Below, one piece after another: positions 49,722 through 59,229 of a stretch of DNA of 64,000 nt (position 1 is the first letter of the stretch; every line of letters begins with the position of its first letter). Source of the stretch: an uncultured Thermoleophilia bacterium (GTDB taxonomy: Bacteria > Actinomycetota > Thermoleophilia > UBA2241); the NCBI GenBank assembly GCA_963762125.1, contig CAVXJO010000017.1:302329-366328 (forward strand). The letters run 5' to 3'. The position numbers and the translations under genes are program-made. The notes under the pieces were generated by a model. That model ran no database searches. It saw nothing but the letters and a program-made list of their open reading frames with translations, and was not told where the DNA came from.

Positions 49722-50723
49722 ATGCAGGAGCTGCTCCAGATCCGCGACCTCAAAGTGCAGTTCAACAGTCTGCGCGGGACGGTGAAGGCGCTCGACGGCG
49801 TCAATCTCACGGTGCGCGAGCGAGAGATCATCGGTCTTGTGGGCGAATCGGGCTGCGGCAAGACCATCACCGGCTTGTCGGTCCTGCAGCTGCTGCCCCG
49901 ACCGCAGACGGAGTACACGAGCGGCGAGATCCTGTTCCGCGGCGACGATCTGCTCAAGAAGAGCGAGACCGAGATGCGGCGCATCCGCGGCGGGCGGGTC
50001 TCGATGGTCTTCCAGGACCCGCTGGCCTCGCTCAACCCCGTGTTCACGATCGGCGCGCAGATCGAGCGGGTCGTACATCTGCACCGCGACGTCTCCGGCA
50101 AGGAGGCGGCCGAGGCCGCTCGCGCGGCGCTGGTCTCGGTCGGCCTGCCGGGAAGCAAAGACATTCTGGGGAGCTACCCCCACCAGCTCAGCGGCGGCAT
50201 GCGTCAGCGGGCCTGCATGGCCATGGCGCTGTCGTGCGACTCCCCGCTGCTGATCGCCGACGAGCCGACCACGGCCCTCGATGTGACGATCCAGGCGCAG
50301 ATCCTGCGGCTGCTTCTCGAGTTGCGCGAGCGTCTGGGCATCGCCCAGATCCTTATCACTCACAACGTCGGTGTCGCCGCCCAGACCTGCGACCGGGTGG
50401 CGGTGATGTACGCCGGCTCCGTGGTCGAGCAAGGCCTGACGAAGGAGGTCCTGAAACACTCCAGACATCCCTACACCATCGCGCTCTACGAGTGCCTTCC
50501 CCAAGGCAAGAAGGCGGGAGAGCTCCATACCATCCCCGGCTCCGTGCCCGACCTCATCGACCCGCCGAGCGGGTGCCGCTTTCACCCGCGCTGCGAGCAC
50601 GCCATGGAGGTCTGCGCGACCGTCAAGCCGGAACCGACGCACCTGACAGCCGAGCACTGGGCGGCCTGCCATTGGGTGGCCGAGCAGGAGCGCTCGGCGC
50701 GCGCGGCCGGAGGCGTGTCGTGA
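49722..50723 (+). CDS. DppD-type ABC ATPase
   Basis: GESGCGKT, YPHQLSGGMRQR, ADEPTTALD, HPYT, GCRFHPRC. Confidence 0.93.
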   Translation: MQELLQIRDLKVQFNSLRGTVKALDGVNLTVREREIIGLVGESGCGKTITGLSVLQLLPRPQTEYTSGEILFRGDDLLKKSETEMRRIRGGRVSMVFQDPLASLNPVFTIGAQIERVVHLHRDVSGKEAAEAARAALVSVGLPGSKDILGSYPHQLSGGMRQRACMAMALSCDSPLLIADEPTTALDVTIQAQILRLLLELRERLGIAQILITHNVGVAAQTCDRVAVMYAGSVVEQGLTKEVLKHSRHPYTIALYECLPQGKKAGELHTIPGSVPDLIDPPSGCRFHPRCEHAMEVCATVKPEPTHLTAEHWAACHWVAEQERSARAAGGVS

Positions 50724-51890
50724 CCGCGCTCCTGGCCGTCGAGGACCTCACCGTCCACTTCAAGATCCGCCGCGGCCTCAGCAGGAAGTCGACCGACGTC
50801 GTTCACGCCGCCGACGGCGTCAGCCTGAGCATCGAATCCGGTCAGACGATGGCCCTGGTCGGCGAATCGGGGTCCGGCAAGACGACCGTCGCCCGGGCGA
50901 TCCTGCAGCTCGCGGAGCCGACCGGGGGACGCATCGTCTTCCAGGGGCTGGACATCGGCTCGCTCAAACGCGCCGAGAAACGGGCCGCGATGAGCGATGC
51001 CCAGGTCGTCTTCCAGGACCCCTACTCGTCCCTGAGCCCGCGCTTGACGGTCCACGACATCATCGCCGAGCCGCTACGGGCTCAGCGGCGACTGAGCGGG
51101 AGCGGAGCTCAACGAGCGGATCCTGGGCCTGCTCGAGATGGTCGGGCTGGGCACCCAGCACCTCTGGCGCCGCCCGCACGAGTTCTCCGGCGGGCAGTGT
51201 CAGCGGATCGCCATTGCCCGGGCGCTGGCTCTTGACCCCAAGCTCGTCGTGCTGGACGAACCGACCTCCGCCCTCGATGTGTCGGTCCAGGCTCGCATCC
51301 TCGTCCTGCTCGAAGAGCTCCAGACCCGGCTCGGCCTTACCTACCTGTTCATCGCTCATGACCTGGCCGTCGTCGAGTCGGTCTCCGACAGGGTCGCGGT
51401 GATGTATCTCGGCCACATCATGGAGACGGGGCCGACCGACGCAGTCCTACACGATGCTCGGCACCCCTACACCCGCGCCCTGCTGGCCAGCGTGCCTTCG
51501 CCGGACCCCGGTCTCCGCAGCGAGCTTGGGCTCATCTCCGGGGAGGTCCCCGACGCCGTGAGACCGCCGTCGGGGTGCCGCTTCCATCCCCGCTGCCCGT
51601 TCGTCATGGACATCTGTCCGGCCGAGCGACCCCCTCTACGCGACATCGGCGGCGGGAGACGCGTGGCCTGCCACCTGGCCGACGACTTCGAGTTCCCAGC
51701 GGTGGCGCGCCCGACGGGCGGCGAGCGGACGTCGGCTCGGCCGTCGGGCGACGTCGACGGACCGGCCGACCGACGCGGCGTCACGGACGCCGAGGCGCCG
51801 ACGCTCGGTCGCACGATGAAGGCAGCCCTGTTCGGGACCCGCAGAAGAGCCAGGCTGGTGCCCGGCGCGATGGTCGACAAGCGGCTGTGA
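50720..51890 (+). CDS. DppF-type ABC ATPase, frameshift near 51102
   Basis: GESGSGKTT, VFQDPYSSL in one frame; PHEFSGGQCQR, LDEPTSALD, GCRFHPRC in the next. Confidence 0.88.
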
Positions 51891-52681
51891 TGGAGATGGG
51901 GTTCGGGCATCCAGACGAAAGCGAGGGTCGGGCGAACGGGCGGCTCGACGACACCGTCGCCGTGGTGACCGGCGGTGCGCAGGGAATCGGCGAGTGCATC
52001 GCGGCCCGGTTCGCTCGCGAAGGCGCGCGCGTGCTTGTCGGTGACATCCAAGAGACGAAGGCGGGGCGCGTGGCGTCCGCCTTGCGCGACGAGGGGCTCG
52101 ACGTCGAGTCCGCGCCGCTCGACATCCGGGAGCCCGATTCCGCGGTCTCCCTCATGGCCCGCGCCGTGGAACGCTGGGGACGCATCGACGTGCTCGTCAA
52201 CAACGCCGGCCTCGACGCGCCGCCCGGGCCGGCGTGGGAGATCGGCGAGGAGGAGTGGCGCGACGTCATCGAGACCGATCTCTCCGGCCCGTGGTGGTGC
52301 ACCCGGGCGGTGCTCCCTCACATGATGGCTGGCCGCCACGGTCGCGTCATCTTCATCAGCTCGGGGAGCGCGCGGATCGGCGCCGCCGAGATCTCGGTCG
52401 CCTACAACGCCGCGAAGGCGGGGCTGGTCGGCCTGACGGTAGGCCTGGCCGTTCACCTCGAGCCGTACGGGATCCTCGTCAACGCCGTCGCGCCCGGCCC
52501 GACGGGCACGGGGATGCCGATGACGCCCGAGGAGAGGACCACGCACGAGCGCGACTTCCCTCTCGGGATCGTCGGTCCGGAGCCGGTGGCGCAGGCCTGT
52601 CTCTACCTGGCCGCGGAGAGCGGCGACTGGGTGAGCGGCAGCGTGCTCAACGTCAGCGGCGGCTGGTGGAGGGGGTTCTGA
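51890..52681 (+). CDS. Short-chain dehydrogenase/reductase
   Basis: TGGAQGIG, NNAG, YNAAK, VNAVAPG. Confidence 0.88.
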   Translation: MEMGFGHPDESEGRANGRLDDTVAVVTGGAQGIGECIAARFAREGARVLVGDIQETKAGRVASALRDEGLDVESAPLDIREPDSAVSLMARAVERWGRIDVLVNNAGLDAPPGPAWEIGEEEWRDVIETDLSGPWWCTRAVLPHMMAGRHGRVIFISSGSARIGAAEISVAYNAAKAGLVGLTVGLAVHLEPYGILVNAVAPGPTGTGMPMTPEERTTHERDFPLGIVGPEPVAQACLYLAAESGDWVSGSVLNVSGGWWRGF

Positions 52682-53634
52682 TGTCCGACCGCCGGGCGCC
52701 GACGACGGAAGCGCGGATCGCGTGGCCAGGGAACGCGGCGGCGGCCGTGGTCCTTACGTTCGACGTCGACGCCGAGAGCGGGGTGCTGTGGGAGTTTCCC
52801 GAGACCGTGCGCCGTCTCGGCATCATGAGCCATCAGGCGTACGGACCGCGCGTCGGCTTGCCGCGCCTGCTTCGCGTCCTCGCACGGCATCGGGCGCGCG
52901 CCACGTTCTTTGTGCCCGGCTTCACCGCCGAGGTGCATCCGGATGCCGTGCGCAGCATCATCGCCGCCGGGCATGAGGTGGGTCACCACGGCTACCTTCA
53001 CGAGATGGTCACGGAGTTGTCCCCGGCCGACGAGGCGGCGGTCCTCGAGCGGGGCAGCGACGTACTGGAGCGCCTGACCGGAATCAGGCCGCGTGGCTGG
53101 CGGGCGCCGATGTGGGAGATGAACTACAGCACGCCCGCTCTTCTCGCGGCGCACGGCTTCGCCTACGACTCGAGCCTCATGGATGCCGACCTGCCGTACC
53201 GCATGCGCACCGGCCCGACGCCCGACGCCGCCACGCTGGTCGAACTGCCGCCCCACTGGAGCCTCGACGACGGCGAGCAGTATGCCTGGCTGCCGGGGAT
53301 CTGGGACACGGCCGTGATCGAAGGTCCTGACAAGTTGCTGCGGATGTGGGAAATGGAGTTCGACGCGACCCTCGCCGAAGGGGGATGCCTCGTGCTCACG
53401 ATGCATCCATTCCTCTCCGGCCGGCCGGGGCGAGCGGCGGCGTTCGAGAGCCTTCTCGAGCGGATCGTGGGCACCCCCCGAATCTGGATGGCGACGGCGT
53501 CTGAGGTCGCGGACCACATGGACGCCCTGGCGTCAGAGGCGGTCTACCACCAGCCGCCGCCCGTCGATCCATCCCAACTCGCACGCAGGGTCCGGCCTGC
53601 GCACGACCGTATGGACACCGAGGAGGAGACATGA
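52681..53634 (+). CDS. CE4 hydrolase (HpPgdA/PuuE-like polysaccharide deacetylase family)
   Basis: TFDVDAES, YGPRVGLPR, ATFFVPG, HEVGHHGYLHE, YDSSLM, TMHPFLSGRP. Confidence 0.87.
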   Translation: MSDRRAPTTEARIAWPGNAAAAVVLTFDVDAESGVLWEFPETVRRLGIMSHQAYGPRVGLPRLLRVLARHRARATFFVPGFTAEVHPDAVRSIIAAGHEVGHHGYLHEMVTELSPADEAAVLERGSDVLERLTGIRPRGWRAPMWEMNYSTPALLAAHGFAYDSSLMDADLPYRMRTGPTPDAATLVELPPHWSLDDGEQYAWLPGIWDTAVIEGPDKLLRMWEMEFDATLAEGGCLVLTMHPFLSGRPGRAAAFESLLERIVGTPRIWMATASEVADHMDALASEAVYHQPPPVDPSQLARRVRPAHDRMDTEEET

Positions 53635-54710
53635 ACGAGACGGCCTCGCCAGGCAGCGACGGACATGACCGGGAGGGCGTGCCGCCGTGGGCCTCCGGCT
53701 ACCGCATGCCGGCGGAGTGGTGGCCGCACGAGCGCTGTCTCATCGCCTGGCCGACCGCCTCGCGTGCATACTGGGGTGAGCTCTACCTGCTCGCTCAGGC
53801 GACGCATGCGGCGGTGGCGCGCGCCGTGGCGCGCTTCGAGCCGGTGCTGGTCATCGCCAGGCCTGGGGAGGGTGGCAACGCCAGGAGCTACTGCGGCTCT
53901 GACATCGAGGTCATCGAACTTCCCATCGACGACTCCTGGATCCGGGACAACGGGCCGTACTTCCTGCTCGACCCGGATGGTCAGCGGGCGGTCGCCGACT
54001 TCGCCTTCAACTCGTGGGGGGAGAAGTACTTCCCGTATGACAAGGACGCTCAGGTCACCCGACTGCTCTGCGAGGAGTTCGGCTGGGAACGGTTGCCCGC
54101 GCCGATGGTCCTCGAGGGCGGAGCCTTCACCGTCGACGGAGAAGGCACACTCGTCACGACCGAGAGCTGCCTGCTGCACCCGACGCGCAATCCGCACCTC
54201 TCGCGCGAGCGGCAGGAGGAGATCCTGCGCGACTACCTCGGCGCCGAGAAGGTCGTGTGGCTCAAGGCCGGGCGTACAGAGGCGACCGACACGGACGGCC
54301 ACGTCGACGGCGTCTGCCACTTCGTCGCGCCGGGCCGCGTCATCCTTCACATGGTCCGCGAGCCCAGCCACGTCGACTTCGAGAACTTCCGCGAGAACCG
54401 CAGGGTGCTCGACGAGACGACCGATGCGCGGGGGCGGTCGCTGGAGGTTCTCGAGATGGACCGGCGCACCACGACCGATATCGGCGGCAAGCACCTCACA
54501 GTGACGTACATCAACTCCTACCAGGCCAACGGCGGGCTTGTCGTGCCCACGGCGGGGAGCGACTACGACGCGCACGCACTGGAGCGCCTCCGCGAGGTCT
54601 TCCCCGAGAGGGAGATCATCGGCGTGCCGACCCCGGTTCTGGCCTACGGTGGCGGGGGCATCCACTGCATCACCCAACAGGTACCGGCCTCGACTGGAGG
54701 CGCGCGGTGA
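53631..54710 (+). CDS. Agmatine deiminase family protein 2
   Basis: RMPAEW, DDSWIRDNGP, LEGG, TDGHVD, GGGGIHCITQQ. Confidence 0.9.
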   Translation: MNETASPGSDGHDREGVPPWASGYRMPAEWWPHERCLIAWPTASRAYWGELYLLAQATHAAVARAVARFEPVLVIARPGEGGNARSYCGSDIEVIELPIDDSWIRDNGPYFLLDPDGQRAVADFAFNSWGEKYFPYDKDAQVTRLLCEEFGWERLPAPMVLEGGAFTVDGEGTLVTTESCLLHPTRNPHLSRERQEEILRDYLGAEKVVWLKAGRTEATDTDGHVDGVCHFVAPGRVILHMVREPSHVDFENFRENRRVLDETTDARGRSLEVLEMDRRTTTDIGGKHLTVTYINSYQANGGLVVPTAGSDYDAHALERLREVFPEREIIGVPTPVLAYGGGGIHCITQQVPASTGGAR

Positions 54711-55348
54711 CTCGGACGGCCGGACGCGCGACACCAGCTCCGCCCGAGGGGCGGGCGAGGAGGGACTTCCCCCCGACGGCGCGCAAGCTCCTCATCGCCG
54801 CGCGGCGCGTCCTGGTGCGCAACGGATACCCTGGCCTGACGATGCAGGCGATCGAGCGCGAGTCGGGCATCAATCGGGCCCTGATCCACTACTACTTCGG
54901 GAGCAAGGCCGGACTCCTGGAAGCCCTCGTCGACACGCTGTTCGAGGACCCGGCCTTCGGTTACAGCGATGCCGTGGCCCGGGCGCCCGCCGGTCCGGCG
55001 CGCAGGGAGGCACTGCTCGAGTGGCTCGCTCGCATCTCCGCGAACCGGCGCTCGGGGCGCCTCCTCTACGAGTTGCTGCCGCACATCGTGCGCTCCAGTA
55101 CGTTGAGGAACCGGGCCGCCGAACTCTATGGAGCCTATCGGCAGTTCGACGGCGAGGTCCTGGCGCCGCGCGCAAGCCCGGATCTGCGTGAGGACCTCGG
55201 AGCATTGAGCGTCGCGATCGTCGACGGTCTGAGCCTCCAGACGGCCATCGACCCCCGCGGCTTCGCCCGCGACCGTGCGTTCACGCTCTGGACCCAGGTC
55301 CTCACGCACTATCTGCACGACACGATCGACGACAAGGAGGCGGAGTGA
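54707..55348 (+). CDS. TetR-family transcriptional regulator
   Basis: GTGA overlap; GLTMQAIERESGINRALIHYYFGSK HTH. Confidence 0.88.
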   Translation: MTRTAGRATPAPPEGRARRDFPPTARKLLIAARRVLVRNGYPGLTMQAIERESGINRALIHYYFGSKAGLLEALVDTLFEDPAFGYSDAVARAPAGPARREALLEWLARISANRRSGRLLYELLPHIVRSSTLRNRAAELYGAYRQFDGEVLAPRASPDLREDLGALSVAIVDGLSLQTAIDPRGFARDRAFTLWTQVLTHYLHDTIDDKEAE

Positions 55349-56385
55349 TGAACCAGGCCGCCGGCGACTCGCCCGGGCAGCTGAGCGGCTACGCGAAGTT
55401 GCGCGGACGCCACTACCTCACCGATCAGGACTACAGTCGCGAGGAGCTGCTCGAATTACTGCAACTCGCGGCACGGCTCAAGGCCCTCTCCGTCCGCAAG
55501 ACGCTGACTCCCTTCCTGCCCGGCAAGACGCTGGCGATGATCTTTGAGCATCCGTCCACGCGCACGCGAGTCAGCTTCGAGGCCGGCATGACGGAGCTGG
55601 GTGGACACGCGCAGTACCTGCGCCCCGGGGAGATCCACCTGCCGGGACGTGAGAGCATCAAGGATACCGTCATCGTGCTCTCGCGCCTGTGCCACGCGAT
55701 CATGGCGCGCACGGCGTTCCATACCTCTCTCGTCGAGATGGCTCGCTGGGCCACCGTACCGGTCGTCAACGGCCTCACCGACGACTACGACCATCCGATC
55801 CAGTCACTCACCGATGCGCTCACCATCTGGGAGACCGCGGGCCGCTTCGAGGGTGTCAAGCTGGCGTTTCTCGGCAAAATCAGCGACGCGATGGCGAGCT
55901 CGGTCGCGCTCACCTGCAGCAAGCTCGGCGTCGACGTCGTGTTGGCCGGACCCGCCGAGCACCAGATGGCGCCCGAGATGCAGGCGCTGGTGCGAGCCAA
56001 CTGCGAGCAGAGCGGCGCTTCGCTGACCCTGACCGACGACCCAGAGGAGGCGGTCGCCGACGCCGACTTCATCTACACGGTGCTCTGGTGGTGGCTCGAG
56101 GAGGGAGAAGCCAGGGAGGCGTTGCGGCGCACCTATCAGCCGTATCAGGTGAACGAGGAGCTGTGGGCGAAGACCAAGCCCGGAGCCCGGTTCATGGACT
56201 GCCTGCCGGCCGTGCGCAACGAGGAGGCCACCGACGCCATCATGGACGGCCCCATGGCGCTGTGCTTCGACCAGGCCGAGAACCGCAAGCATCTGCAGAA
56301 AGCGATTCTGCTCGCCCTGATCGGGATCGACGATCTGCCGGCCGACCCCGACCTCCGGGAAGTGGGCCGGGCTCTGCTCTCGTAG
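55345..56385 (+). CDS. Ornithine/putrescine carbamoyltransferase-family enzyme with atypical amine-binding motifs
   Basis: STRTRVSFE, HPIQ, DQAENR; YTVLWWW and DCLP replace the usual motifs. Confidence 0.85.
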   Translation: MMNQAAGDSPGQLSGYAKLRGRHYLTDQDYSREELLELLQLAARLKALSVRKTLTPFLPGKTLAMIFEHPSTRTRVSFEAGMTELGGHAQYLRPGEIHLPGRESIKDTVIVLSRLCHAIMARTAFHTSLVEMARWATVPVVNGLTDDYDHPIQSLTDALTIWETAGRFEGVKLAFLGKISDAMASSVALTCSKLGVDVVLAGPAEHQMAPEMQALVRANCEQSGASLTLTDDPEEAVADADFIYTVLWWWLEEGEAREALRRTYQPYQVNEELWAKTKPGARFMDCLPAVRNEEATDAIMDGPMALCFDQAENRKHLQKAILLALIGIDDLPADPDLREVGRALLS

Positions 56386-56451
56386 GTTCGCGGTACGACT
56401 ACGGCGCCACTCGCTTCAGGGCGATTCCGCCAACGACCAGGAGACATAGCG

Positions 56452-57546
56452 ATGAACGACGGCAATCAGGCACCGGCAGTCGCAACAACACCGCACGCGG
56501 ACGGGCTGCGTCTGCCGGCGCGGTTCGGCGACCATGCGCGCACCCTACTCTCGTGGCCCTGCCGACACGAGGTCTTCGGGCCACTCGAAGAGGCCGCCAA
56601 GGAGGAGTGGGCAGAGGTCGCCCGTGCGATCGCGCGGTTTGAACCGGTCACGGTGGTGGCTCGTCCCGAGGACGCAGACGACGCGCAGGCAAGGTGTGGC
56701 GATGGAGTCGACGTGCTCGCCCTCCCGCTCGACGACTCCTGGATCCGCGACAACGGCCCTATCTTCGTGCGCGACGAAGACCAGGCGGTAGCGCTGGTCG
56801 GATTCGGCTTTGACGGCTGGAACCGGCAGTACGAGCCCTTCGATGCGGACGCGCTGGTACCAGGGCGGATCGCGGAGACTTGGGCGGTGCGCTCTTACCA
56901 GGCGCCGTTCGTCCTCGAGGGCGGCGCCTTCAACACCGACGGCGAGGGTACACTGCTGACCACCGAACAGTGCCTCCTGCACAACCGCAACCTTGGCATG
57001 GCGAGGCGCGACTACGAGCAGGCGCTGCACGAGTGGCTTGGTATCGAGAAGGTGATCTGGCTGCCGTTCGGGTTGGTCGAGGACTCCGGCCCGCTCTCGA
57101 CGGCCGGGCACGTCGATGACGTCGCCCAGTTCGTGGGTCCGGGTGTCGTCCTCGCCCAAACGGCGCCGGCGGACAATCCGAATCACGCCCGGCTGCAGGA
57201 GAACCTCGAGCTCCTCAAGGAATCGACCGACGCCGCCGGCCGCAGACTAACCGTCGTCGAGATGGACCTGCTGCCGTACGTGAAGGGCGTCGGCGCCGGG
57301 CTCGACCTGCGGATCCCCGGCGCCACCAAGCTCATGCCGGCGCCGTACGTGAACCTCGTCTTCGTGAATGGCGGCGTGTTGCTGCCGCGACTGGGCGTTG
57401 AGGATGAGGACGCCGCCTACGCGCGCATCGGCGAGTTGCTTCCCGGACGCGAGGTCGTCGGTCTTCCGGTCGAGATGTCCGCATTCGGCGGCGGCGGGCT
57501 GGGCTGTATCACCCAGCAGGTGCCTGCCGGCCAATTTCTCAGCTGA
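56452..57546 (+). CDS. Agmatine deiminase family protein 3 (divergent)
   Basis: DDSWIRDNGP, LEGG, TAGHVDD, GGGGLGCITQQ. Confidence 0.87.
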   Translation: MNDGNQAPAVATTPHADGLRLPARFGDHARTLLSWPCRHEVFGPLEEAAKEEWAEVARAIARFEPVTVVARPEDADDAQARCGDGVDVLALPLDDSWIRDNGPIFVRDEDQAVALVGFGFDGWNRQYEPFDADALVPGRIAETWAVRSYQAPFVLEGGAFNTDGEGTLLTTEQCLLHNRNLGMARRDYEQALHEWLGIEKVIWLPFGLVEDSGPLSTAGHVDDVAQFVGPGVVLAQTAPADNPNHARLQENLELLKESTDAAGRRLTVVEMDLLPYVKGVGAGLDLRIPGATKLMPAPYVNLVFVNGGVLLPRLGVEDEDAAYARIGELLPGREVVGLPVEMSAFGGGGLGCITQQVPAGQFLS

Positions 57547-57591
57547 GGCGACGAGGGCGAGGGCAAGAAGACCGATCGAGCAGGAGGCACG

Positions 57592-57873
57592 GTGACCAGG
57601 CTCCTCGACAGCACGCCCCGCGAGGACGGCTATCGCATGCCGGGCGAGTACGAGCCGCACGCGGGGACCTGGCTGCTTTGGCCGCAGCGCCCCGACGTAT
57701 GGCGGCTCGGCGGCAAGCCGGCGCAACGCGCGTTCGTTGCGCTCGCCACGGCGATCGCCCGATTCGAGTTCCCCGCCAGGGAGGTCGTTCCGTTGTCCAG
57801 CCGCGAGATCATCCTTGCGGGAGGCAACGTGCACTGCGTCACGCAACAGCAGCCCCTCGGGGAGAGGAGATGA
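57592..57873 (+). pseudogene. aguA: Agmatine deiminase (canonical AguA type) with a large in-frame internal deletion
   Basis: N-terminus ([27 protein letters not shown]) joined directly to the C-terminus ([19 protein letters not shown]); 93 aa against ~360 aa for the neighbouring paralogues. Confidence 0.8.
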
Positions 57874-57874
57874 C

Positions 57875-58774
57875 ATGGCTCGGACCCTGACGATCGCGGC
57901 CACACAGATGGCCTGCTCGTGGGAGATCGGCGAGAACATCGACCGGGCCGAGGGCCTGGTGCGCGAGGCGGCGGCACTCGGCGCCCAGGTGGTGCTCCTG
58001 CAGGAGCTGTTCGAGACCCCGTACTTCTGCATCGACCAGGACGCGCGTCACTTCGAGCTGGCGCGACCCGTCGACGGTCATCCGACCGTCACGCGTTTCC
58101 AGCGCCTCGCCGCCGAACTCGGCGTCGTCCTTCCCGTGAGCGTGTTCGAGCGCGCCGGGCAGGCCTTCTTCAATTCCGTGGCGATGATCGACGCCGACGG
58201 GACAGCTCTCGGCGTCTATCGCAAGACGCACATCCCCGACGCGGCCGGCTACCAGGAGAAGTACTACTTCTCGCCGGGCGACACCGGTTTCAGAGTGTGG
58301 CGCACGAGACACGGCGTGTTCGGCGTGGGGATCTGCTGGGACCAGTGGTTCCCGGAGAGCGCCCGCAGCATGGCACTCATGGGGGCGGAGGTGCTGCTCT
58401 ATCCCACGGCCATCGGCTCCGACCCGCCCGCCCCGGAGGAAGACTCGAGTGGTGCCTGGCGACGTGTCCAGCAGGGGCACGCGGCCGCGAATCTCATGCC
58501 GCTCCTGGCCTCCAACCGGATCGGCGTCGAGGAGGGAGCCTCCGCGAGCATGCGCTTCTACGGGTCTTCGTTCGTCGCCGATCACACAGGCGCGATCGTG
58601 GCGCAAGCATCGCAGGACCGGCAGGAGGTCATCACCGCCACGTTCGACCTGGACGACGTGCGCAGCTATCGCGAGCGCTGGACGATGTTCAGGGACCGGC
58701 GCCCGGAGCATTATGGGCGGCTCCTGACGCTGGACGGAGAGACGGACGGCCACATGCCGAGCGGTGGGAGGTGA
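57875..58774 (+). CDS. aguB: N-carbamoylputrescine amidase
   Basis: QELFETPYFC, YRKTHIPD..GYQEKYYFSPGDTGF, ICWDQWFPE, YPTAIGS, GHAAAN, SNRIG, FRDRRPE. Confidence 0.92.
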   Translation: MARTLTIAATQMACSWEIGENIDRAEGLVREAAALGAQVVLLQELFETPYFCIDQDARHFELARPVDGHPTVTRFQRLAAELGVVLPVSVFERAGQAFFNSVAMIDADGTALGVYRKTHIPDAAGYQEKYYFSPGDTGFRVWRTRHGVFGVGICWDQWFPESARSMALMGAEVLLYPTAIGSDPPAPEEDSSGAWRRVQQGHAAANLMPLLASNRIGVEEGASASMRFYGSSFVADHTGAIVAQASQDRQEVITATFDLDDVRSYRERWTMFRDRRPEHYGRLLTLDGETDGHMPSGGR

Positions 58775-58778
58775 CTGC

Positions 58779-59195
58779 ATGACCGGCGACGCGGTCGGCG
58801 AGGAGCAGGTGAAGAGCGCCGCGAACGCACTCATCTCGGCGTTCGGCGCGCATCACACCGAGGAGTACTTCCGGGCGTTCAGCCCCGACGCCACCTTCCT
58901 GTTCTACAGCTCTCCACAGCGGTTCGAGTCCAAGGCGGCCTACCGCGCGGAGTGGGAGCGCTGGGAGCGAGAGGATGGCTTTCGTATCTTGGCGTGCACC
59001 TCGACGGGCCAGAAGGTGCAAGTGGTGGGCGACGCCGCCATCTTCACCCACGACCTGGTCACGCGCGTCGGTCTCGATGCCGGCGAGGAGACCGTCCATG
59101 AGCGGGAGACCATCGTCTTCGCGCGTCGGCGCGGGGGTTCATGGCTCGCGATACACGAACACTTGTCTCCCGACCCCGGTCAGAGTGCGGGGTGA
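58779..59195 (+). CDS. SnoaL/NTF2-like small protein
   Basis: YF.AFSPDATF, ERETIVF, W..IHEHLS. Confidence 0.78.
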   Translation: MTGDAVGEEQVKSAANALISAFGAHHTEEYFRAFSPDATFLFYSSPQRFESKAAYRAEWERWEREDGFRILACTSTGQKVQVVGDAAIFTHDLVTRVGLDAGEETVHERETIVFARRRGGSWLAIHEHLSPDPGQSAG

Positions 59196-59229
59196 GCGCG
59201 CCGGGTAGTGCCGGCCGCCGCGCTTCGCG

